In this document: piece by piece, positions 24,615 through 32,793 of the stretch
Numbering within the stretch: position 1 is the first letter of the stretch
How the letters are laid out: each line of letters starts with the position of its first letter
Origin: Hydrurus foetidus
Lineage: Eukaryota
Direction of reading: 5' to 3'
Length of the DNA: 32,793 nt
Assembly: GCA_900617105.1 (NCBI GenBank)
Contig: UYFQ01000225.1
Location: 1 to 32,793, forward strand
Program-made: the position numbers and the translations under genes
Notes under the pieces: generated by a model
Database searches by the model: none
What the model was told of the DNA's origin: nothing
The model's input: the letters and a program-made list of their open reading frames with translations, nothing else

Positions 24615-25838
24615 ATGAAAAAAGTGCTACACCTATGTCAACTATTGAACACAATTTCCAACAATATACATGCAATGGATGCTGATGGGAATATCAACGT
24701 CGTGCTGCTTGTTGCGCTGGTTTTGGCTGGTGTTTACCATGCTCGGCGTCATCCCCGCATTCAGCATAATTCGGTTCTTACAGGTGACCTTTATTACAGA
24801 GAGGTCATGAATACTGAAAATGACAACAGATTTCGACAAGTTGCTAGAATGGACAGAGAGACTTTCTGTCTGCTGAAGGACAATCTAATTGCTGGAGGGT
24901 TGACCGATTCAATGTATATTTGCAGCGGACAGAAGCTAATGATTTTGATTCACGTTCTCCGTGGACACACTAATAGGGAGACTGCAGAAAGATGGCAACA
25001 CTCGGGTGCAACAATATCTGAAATTGTTCACGAGGTGAGCATTTGCTTGGACAATATCAAGGATCGACTGTACAAACCTGCAAAAGTTGGGGATCCTGTT
25101 TCAGCAAAGATTTCTAACAATGGGAATTTTACTCCATATTTCGACAATTGTATTGGTGCTATTGATGGAACACACATACCTGCAGTTATACCTGTGGAAT
25201 TGCAAGGCCCATTTCGGAACAGAAAAAAATTCATTTCTCAGAATGTTTTAGGCGTTGCTAACTTTGATCTCACCTTTGCTTATGCTTTATTTGGATGGGA
25301 GGGTTCTGTTCATGACAGCAGGGTATACGACGATGCAAAAACAAAGGAATTACCTTTGCTAGCCGATAAATACTACTTAGGAGATGCTGGGTATGGCCTA
25401 AGCAAGTACATTCTAACACCATATCGAGGTGTGCGCTACCATTTGGTGGAGTTTGCAGGCAATGGAGTAGGTCCTGCGAATTATAAGGAGTTGTTTAATC
25501 TAAGACATTCATCATTACGGAATTGTATAGAACGATTGTATGGCGTAACAAAAAACAGATTCCCTATTCTAAAAAAAATGATTCCTTATGATTTTGAATT
25601 CCAATGCGATATCGTACAATCATGTTTTCTTACACACAACTTTGTCTGTATTAATCAATTGTATGAAGATGAATTTTACAATGTAGAAGCCCTAAACAAT
25701 CTAATTGCTGAGGACGATGAAAACGAAGATGATGACGAAGGAGGTGTAAACATGCAAGCACTAAAGATCTGGCGAAATAATATTGCTCAAGCAATGTGGG
25801 CCCAATATCTGTTGAACTTGGCACAACATAATGCATAA
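24615..25838 (+). CDS. PIF/Harbinger (HARBI1/ALP1-like) DDE transposase
   Basis: Uninterrupted 407-aa ORF with GAIDGTHI, FRNRK, QNVL, GWEGSVHDSRV, YLGDAGY, LTPYRGVRYHL and LFNLRHSSLRNCIERLYGVTKNRFPIL. The true start may be the later MDADG. Confidence 0.95.
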   Translation: MKKVLHLCQLLNTISNNIHAMDADGNINVVLLVALVLAGVYHARRHPRIQHNSVLTGDLYYREVMNTENDNRFRQVARMDRETFCLLKDNLIAGGLTDSMYICSGQKLMILIHVLRGHTNRETAERWQHSGATISEIVHEVSICLDNIKDRLYKPAKVGDPVSAKISNNGNFTPYFDNCIGAIDGTHIPAVIPVELQGPFRNRKKFISQNVLGVANFDLTFAYALFGWEGSVHDSRVYDDAKTKELPLLADKYYLGDAGYGLSKYILTPYRGVRYHLVEFAGNGVGPANYKELFNLRHSSLRNCIERLYGVTKNRFPILKKMIPYDFEFQCDIVQSCFLTHNFVCINQLYEDEFYNVEALNNLIAEDDENEDDDEGGVNMQALKIWRNNIAQAMWAQYLLNLAQHNA

Positions 25839-26135
25839 TATAAGGTATATTCCGCATTTTAAAATAATTTGTATTCGATAATTTGTATTCATTCCAACCG
25901 GTAATTTGTAATTACTCGGTATCGACGACGGGCGCTATCCAACAAAAAAAATTATCTTTAAAGGTTCACTTTCTCATATTTACATCCTCTAAAACATAAA
26001 TTGAGCCGTTTATCAAACGCTAACGAAAGCACGACGTCATTCACTCACATAACATAAAACACCTTACTGACACTAAGATTTTTCAGACAGACTATTGAAG
26101 TAGGCACTAAAGTTAATTAAGACACAATCTTATAT

Positions 26136-27232
26136 TCACATATTAACTTTTTCCGCTTGCACAAAAATATCCCTCTGTGCATCGTTGAAGGAAATAAATT
26201 GATCAACCATGCAAGGATTCTCTGAGAAGAGAGCGATGAATCCCATCTCCTCATGAGTACCAAGACCAAACATGAAACGCTCTTGAAAAATCTGGATCAC
26301 TTTGTCGTACTTGGTCATGCGGCTGCTAAACTTTTCCTGGGACTGTATGATCTCTCGAATGAGTTCGGGAATCGGATCCGCAGGCCGAGCACGAACCCTC
26401 CGTACGTACGGCCGTACAAGAGATGGTGCAGTCGAGGTGGTCACAACAGAGATAGAGGGAGTTTTAGGAACAGGAGGCACTGCTGATGCGACAGTCGTAG
26501 ATGGCGAGGTCGTAAATGGTACAGCTACAACAGGTACTGCAGTGGGAGCGGGAGGCCCGGGGACTGCAGTCAAGGAGGCCACAATATCCAACGGTCCCTC
26601 ATCCAGAATCGTTCGCTTCACTCCAACGGATGATTTGGCGTGGGCACCAGTTGCGACATCACCTTATCATTGATGAGTTTGAACATGTCGTTAGCAAGTA
26701 ACCTAATCTCCAAAACTATGTCATAGTACTTACGTCCAAAAAGCGAGAGAAGGTCATCGTAAAACAGCAAAGGCCCATTCGCGTACTGTATAGACCCCGC
26801 GTTCGCAGCGTAGTAATCGTTTAAAGCGCTGGGGGAAGCAATTACAACGCCCTTTGCATCAATGCCGAATCCGCTTTGATGCGCGTAGTGATGATAGATT
26901 GACAGTTGTTTCTTCAGTGCTGTACACTGCGAAGTCAGCATCTTCTTTTTGTAAAGTAAGCCTACAATGTTAGGTCAATCAACCTTGAGAAAAATGCTCA
27001 ATTAGACTACGGCTAGTATGCAAGCTTTACCGGTTCTATGGTTGAAAGTGTCTAGGATAGCGATCCATTTCTCCTTCTTGTTCGAAAGATTTGCGAATCT
27101 GCCTCCAGAAAAACTGGTCAGGACATCAATCAACACCTTTTTGTTGACGTCAGTCCAAGACGCTAAAGTAGCTGGAATTGTCGCAGACATAGGATGAGTG
27201 AGTGCTGGCTCAACGATGAAAAGTTGTGACAT
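26136..27232 (-). CDS. Harbinger-associated Myb/SANT-like DNA-binding protein, about 318 aa; exons 27232-27031, 26961-26734, 26662-26136
   Basis: Two GT-AG introns (26962-27030 and 26663-26733) join three ORFs in frame. The product SWTDVNKKVLIDVL...KKEKW...FNHRTGLLYKKKMLTSQCTALKKQ...SGFGID...FYDDLLSLFGRDVATGAHA fits the PIF ORF1 pattern. The start codon is uncertain (27232 or 27190). Confidence 0.85.
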
Positions 27233-27578
27233 AACTGTAGCTGTCAACAGGTAATGAGGATTAATACCTCGTCGAACTTTGCCATCTTGAGTGCTTGTGT
27301 TCGGCGGAAGAGTCTTCCACCAGATGAACCTTCACGTTGGTGATTTCATCAAAAAGACGTTCTTGCTCAAACCATAGGTTTTGTTCTTATCAGAAGGTGA
27401 GTGTGGGTTGCCGAACGCAATTCCTAAGAATATGAAGGTCACTGCAGGAAATTCCAGAATACGGTGAAATATGAAGCTTTTCGGGTTTACCGAACGCAGC
27501 CATTATTGACCGCGCACACTCAAAGCAAAGGTCAATAATGAAAACACACCGCTCACCATCACAACATGAAAAATTCTC

Positions 27579-28993
27579 ATGAAAGAAGATTACCTGAACG
27601 ATAGGTCAATAGTTAACGCACATATTACACAATTAATTCATCCAATCGAATACAATAGCCAAACAATCCTCACGACTTCACAGGAAGATCGCATAGCAAG
27701 CGGCCTCGAAGACAGGTTCTTGGACGCCGAATGGTGGCTCGACTTCAGTGGGAATGAGGAAGAAACCACGGAGCAGAACCAGTTAATCAAGGAATTCATT
27801 CAGCTAGAAAGCACAATTCCGGGTGAGGAGGGGCAGAACAGCAGAGAATGGCACGATGCCATGGACTCATTCGGGTCCAAAAAATTGTACAACGACAGAA
27901 TAAAGCATTTTATGGCCTACGCCAGCTTGGATGTCTCTGAAATTACGCTAGAAATGAAACTGCTAAAATATTTCAACGAAGCGAAGGCGATGAAAAACGA
28001 CAACGGAGAAGACCGCTACCGCGCCACATCGTTTCGGTCATGGCTGTCGGTTTTCTGCAAATTCTGGTTATTCTGCAAAAACAAAGACCTCAAAGCCACA
28101 ACACCCGCTCTGGAGGATAAAAGCGCCAAGTGGGAAAAAATGCAGAGCATCGCCCGGCAGGCAAAAACATTCACAGGAGAGGAACTATTTGATTATTACA
28201 GAATGCCATCGACACCCGAAAATCTGGCCGACAAGGTATATGCTGTGATAGCAATATCATTTGCAGGAAGAGGAGTGGAAGTCGCAGCAGTAAATTTTAA
28301 GAACATAACCCAAACAACAGAAACAGCAACTGGAGAAAAGCACATAAAGGTAACCTATATCCGATCAAAAACTAGAGGTGTGCCAGAACAATCATACACT
28401 TTAATTACAGGGTCAACAGAAGTCAAGATCATCAACGAATACCAGCAATGCTTCAAACGAGAAGAACGTAACGGACGGTAGTTCCGTATGTTACGATACG
28501 GTATAGATGGCACACAAATAATCGGAACTGGCCGCAGTATCGGCCACAATACAACCGCGAAAGCAGGAATACGAATCGCAACAAGACTTTGTCTACAGAA
28601 CCCGGAACTCTACACGGGTCACATATTCCGGCGGACAGCGGCAACACTTTGTGCAGAATCGGGGATGACCCTACCGGAAATTAAGCTACTCACAGGTAAA
28701 TATCAAAAACAAAACCAATACTAAAATCAATTAAATACTAATTCGAACAATAAAACATCGCAGGACACAAATCGGATACAGTGGTATAAAAATACATCAA
28801 CCAATCCATGAATATGAAACAAAAGGCATCAGACGTACTATCAACTGGAGGACTCCAAACAGGCGCCAATGGACAGCAATTAAGAAAACGCAAAAACCAA
28901 GAAGAACCAGAGCAGAGATCATCAAGCAGTAGAACTGCAACAGCAACCGTGTACAATATCAGCTTCACAAACTGCGATAACACTGACTTTTAA
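27579..28993 (+). pseudogene. Tyrosine recombinase of Crypton-like type with one intron (28696-28763) and two in-frame stops
   Basis: Catalytic residues occur in order: R (FAGRGVE), K (RSKT), HxxR (YTGHIFRRTAAT), H (LTG-H, formed across the intron) and Y (KYINQS). In-frame stops are TAG at 28479-81 and TAA at 28787-89. Confidence 0.88.
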
Positions 28994-30225
28994 ATTCCTG
29001 AAAGATCACATGACACCGCATAAATAACTAATTAACAAAGCCATTATCATCAAAAAAAATTCTTTCAAAAATGCCAGACAAAGAGGGTTCCATCGTCATG
29101 GAAAGTAACGTTCGTACTCTCGGCTGTAACCTCGCCGGGCGACGCGAGGGTGTTTCTGGCGGTGAAAAAAATTTCCAAGGGCATAAAAAGAGGCCCCGTT
29201 TACAGCCTTGGTACGAAATTACTAGAGTGGGGTGCCTATTGTTTCCTAAATCCAATTTAAGAGCATTTTTTTTTCCCATATTTTTTTCTTTTAAGATGGC
29301 TCTTAATTGATGATTTAGCGAGTCTATTGCACAAATACAGTTGCCCTCTGACAACATTGCCATTGAGATCGATTAGTAGCCCTAAAAAAATAGCAAATTT
29401 GCAAAAATACTCATTTAATAAAATAAAAAAGTTTTCAAATTTTGAAGTGACGGTGCTTGTGTGACCCGAACACCCGTACGGGCTGTACGGGTACAGGCGT
29501 ACGTCCGGTTCGGATCGAGGACGATCCAATCCACACGATTCATTGCCATGATATCTGCTGTGTTTACCTGTAAGCTAACCACATTGCTATCATAGCTTTA
29601 GCCCAACAGCATCTTCCCTTTGTCCACGCGCCCCCAGACCTCCGCTCCCGTTGCCCTGAGACCTAGCAAGGCCACAATACCGGTATTTGGAACCAACTAG
29701 GATCTCCTTCAGAGACCAGTTTCCAAAATCAACAAAAAAAACTTGCCGCGACCGTCAAACAGTCGTGCCAAGCAAAAGCGAGTAACTTTTTTAAGTGAAA
29801 ACAACGTCTAACGACACTACAAAGGCTCTGTCAAATCGACAGCCTCCAGAAAGCCCTCGTTTAGAAGTTCGTTCCGACGACTTTTAACGACATCTCCGCG
29901 AGCTCTTCAAAAAACGAAGGCCGACAAAAGAGAGTAACTTGCAAGCAAGTGAAACCAAACAAATCGTTTCTAAAACGAAAGCTGCAGCGCGCACGCCCAA
30001 CTTCGTTACCCACGAAGCCGTCCAACGCCCCAACTTTTGACGCGATTTTCTCCCGAAATCGCACGAAAGTAATCCAATCCCCCTGACTTCTACTGCCACA
30101 CTCTTAACCTACCAGTCTCCATCCTCGACGAACCTACTCCTCATTTCCCTGAATCACCGCGTCCGAGTTTCGTCGCTGTCGAAGACGCTCAGTTCCATCC
30201 AGATAAGTCCCGACCGAAATTCAAG

Positions 30226-32582
30226 ATGACAAAGAGCCAAAAAGACAAGAGACAGAGCTCTAGCTCAATCACCTTCAGCTCTTCGCTCCTAGAAAATGAA
30301 CGCCTGACCCTCAAATGGGAAAAGGAACGTCTCAAACAAGTCGCCAAGCAGCGCGAGGCAAATATCGCAGCTTCGACGGCGGCGCTCAGTCAAAAAGCCA
30401 TCAAGGCTACAGACACTGAAAGCCGCATCGACGACGAACAAAAAGCCCACAAGGCAAAACAAGCCGAGAGGCATAACACGCGCATGGCAGAGCGCAAACG
30501 TCTCTCCATATTGGAGGGCGAGACAGAAGAAAAGGAAAAAACAGACGATGATCAAAGTCTTTCCGAATTCATGTCGATCATGGGCGAGGTCGTTTCACAC
30601 AGTGAATCCGCCACCTTATCACCGGACAACCTCGACAACATCGACAAGGAGGAAAACCAAGATGGCAATCCGACCCAACAGAATGACGAGGAGGGAGACG
30701 GCGATAAGGACGATCAAACAGCCGACGGCAAAGTGACATCGGACTCCCACCCTGAATCAGACAAGGAGGACGAGGAGGATGAAACCGGTGAGGAAGACGA
30801 GGACGAGGACGATGAAAACTACATCGAACTCTTATCGGATGAAGGTAGTCAAGTCCCGTCCGACTCCGAAGATCCGTTCACAGCCAAACTCGACACCCAC
30901 AAGCCAAACCACCTGCCAAAAGACGCTTCCCCCGAGTAGTCAAACCCACACCAGAGCAACCACCCTCAAACAGCACAGCCAAACCTGCCAAACGCACTGC
31001 TAAAGCACCAGCGAAAAAGGTCCCGGCTTCGAAACCGAAGGCCGTGGAGAACCCTATACGCAAACGCAAAACAGAAGATGCGGGCATCGAACAACCCCAA
31101 CGCAACCAAATCCCACGTCACCAAAACATGACGACCTCCCTTTTTAACATGAAGGAGGCGTTCTACATGGGTAGGGACGTACTGTTGAAGGACATGGACG
31201 GGTCCGCCCGCCTGTTCTACCAACAGGCACACCGCCCTGGTTTCAGCGCGGGTTGGCAGTCGCTGATAGAGGATGAGGCACTCGACACCATTCGTGATGG
31301 ACTCTTGCAAAACACGAAGCTCGTCGGATACACCCCCGCGCAATCTATGGCGTGGCCGAAATTACCGGATGGTGAGCTCACTCTGAAAGAAATGGCAGAA
31401 GATCTTAAAACAATCTACTTCATTAACAGACGTACCCAATCCACATACGACTTCGACCTCAAACTGTGAAAATTTCAGTTCAAATTCAGTTGGCTGAACG
31501 GTGCACTGGAACACACTTCCATCGCCGCGTTCTGCGACATTATCCTGGGGTTCTACAACAAGTATGACAACATTGAGAGTGATCGCCAGGACGATATCTG
31601 CAAGACATTCTACAAAAAGCTCCCACCAGGCAACAAGTTCACCGAAAATTTCATGGACTTGACCAAAGTGGCAGCCAAAGAAAGGAAAAAGGACAACATC
31701 AGGGAAATGCTCGCCCGTCTTGTCATCTGTCTCCAAGCGTCACGCGAGACAGTTATGGACGCTGACAAGATGGGGGGACTAAGCTATACCTTCACCACAA
31801 AGCTTACCCCTGAAGATGATCCCGACACCCAACTGTCCACATCCGCGTCCACTGGCCCATCCGCATCATACAAGACCATTCCCAAACGTCGTCCCGACAA
31901 CGAAGGCATTAGCCGAACAACAGACGTATGTCACACGTGCGGAATGACAACTCATAATCGGTACAATTGTCCGCTCTTTATGAACCCGCACTGCAACAAC
32001 TCCCACGCCACATGGAACGCTTCTTCCATCGGGCAGGATTTCAAACGCATCGGGCATTCCCACTTTAAACCCGACATCTACGTCAACAACGAGAAAACCC
32101 ACCTCACCAACTACCCAGGTGCGTCGGCGTACGTCTACCCAGTCGACGATGTTGAGATGGACATGGGACCTCCTAAGACCCAGGACCCACGCCGCCCAAA
32201 CAACAACAACAAGAACAACAACAATAAGTCCAACAACCGCAACAACGATCGTCAGTCAGACGATCGCAACAGCGAGCGTGGCAACAAGCCAAGTGGTTCC
32301 CACGCAAGCTCAAACTACAAAGGCAAAAGTAAGTTACACCTTACAGCTACGCATGTACAAAAACTCGACGAAAGTCGCAGCACACCCACCATGCAAATGT
32401 TACTTTCCGCAGTACTGCCTGAAAATATAAAGGATTACTTACAAGTACACATTTGTGTAGTTCCGGTCAAGGTCCCGATCCTACCGGATAGTACTACGGT
32501 ACAATACCCACCGTACACTACAGTCTGTTGTATCGTCGTAGCCACTTACAGCCTCCACGTAGAAGTTAACCCTAGCTTCTAG
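30226..32582 (+). pseudogene. Degenerate gag-like ORF of a probable LTR retrotransposon
   Basis: The three ORFs form one reading path, with a frameshift near 30850-30900 and an in-frame TGA at 31467-69. It contains an exact CCHC knuckle C-x2-C-x4-H-x4-C (CHTCGMTTHNRYNC, about 31929-31970), an acidic and basic low-complexity N-terminus, and an Asn-rich tail. No protease, RT or integrase is seen in the window. Confidence 0.65.
32199..32246 (+). repeat. Imperfect (AAC)n tract encoding poly-Asn in the gag-like ORF
   Basis: aacaacaacaacaagaacaacaacaataagtccaacaaccgcaacaac. Confidence 0.8.
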
Positions 32583-32793
32583 CTTTCCCTGCTGTAATTA
32601 ACTACCACTCCCAGTCTTCCACCTCTTCTTTTCCCATTCGAGTTATAATAGCGCTATTCCCACTCATCCTTCTTCGCTGCTTTCTCTACCTATCTACTTG
32701 TCCCAATCTTTAGATAGACTTCCAACGGAGTAGATTCACTCCACGACTTCCGAGGAGTCGTTTTCTCGTTGAGCCGAAGCTCCGAGAACTTAG

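Larger units (their letters stand above)
24478..27502. mobile_element. PIF/Harbinger DNA transposon with two convergent genes; left TIR truncated
   Basis: A DDE transposase and a Myb/SANT-like gene lie tail to tail. The right end is ...TTTACCGAACGCAGCCA followed by TTA. The subterminal motif GACCTTCATATT at 24494-24505 recurs inverted at 27429-27440, and AAAAGCTTCAT is also present at both ends in inverted orientation. Confidence 0.85.

Noticed and set aside
28479..28789. Alternative genetic code (TAA/TAG read as Gln) explaining the YR stops
   Set aside because: The Harbinger transposase ends at TAA right after its expected C-terminus, other coding regions lack in-frame TAR codons, and the gag stop is TGA. 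Ordinary nonsense mutations fit better.
29472..29492. Helitron 3' hairpin (acccgtac-gggct-gtacgggt)
   Set aside because: There is no CTRR|T terminus at the expected distance on either strand and no Rep/helicase sequence.
29677..29705. tRNA primer-binding site after the putative LTR
   Set aside because: TGGAACCAACTAGGATC is offset from the CA end and does not fit the spacing expected for the complement of a tRNA 3' end.
27579..32582. YR plus gag as one DIRS/Ngaro retrotransposon
   Set aside because: The YR has a sense-strand spliceosomal intron and lies upstream of gag, and no RT/RNase H or split repeats are visible. Two separate elements is the simpler reading.

Overview
Eukaryotic genomic DNA, shown by short GT-AG introns of 47-113 bp. 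The P[S/T]xx tetrapeptide repeats and plant-type LRRs suggest a stramenopile or similar protist, which is inference. The first 22 kb is one minus-strand gene with 4 exons that runs off the window. It encodes a signal peptide, a cysteine cap with about 5-6 LRRs and an unrecognised domain of about 190 aa. These are followed by a Ser/Pro/Thr mucin-like stalk of more than 6,700 codons, built from two related, highly homogeneous tandem arrays (72-bp plus 36-bp units at 12.4-20.3 kb; 75-bp units at 1-12.4 kb). Most long ORFs in the ORF track are alternative or antisense frames of these arrays. The remaining 10.5 kb, upstream of the gene, is a transposon cluster. It holds a near-perfect 131-bp-arm palindrome, a TTA-flanked Tourist-like MITE plus a partial relative, an internally deleted hAT element, a two-gene PIF/Harbinger element (DDE transposase and spliced Myb/SANT-like gene), an intron-containing Crypton-like tyrosine recombinase pseudogene, and a decayed gag-like ORF with a CCHC zinc knuckle.
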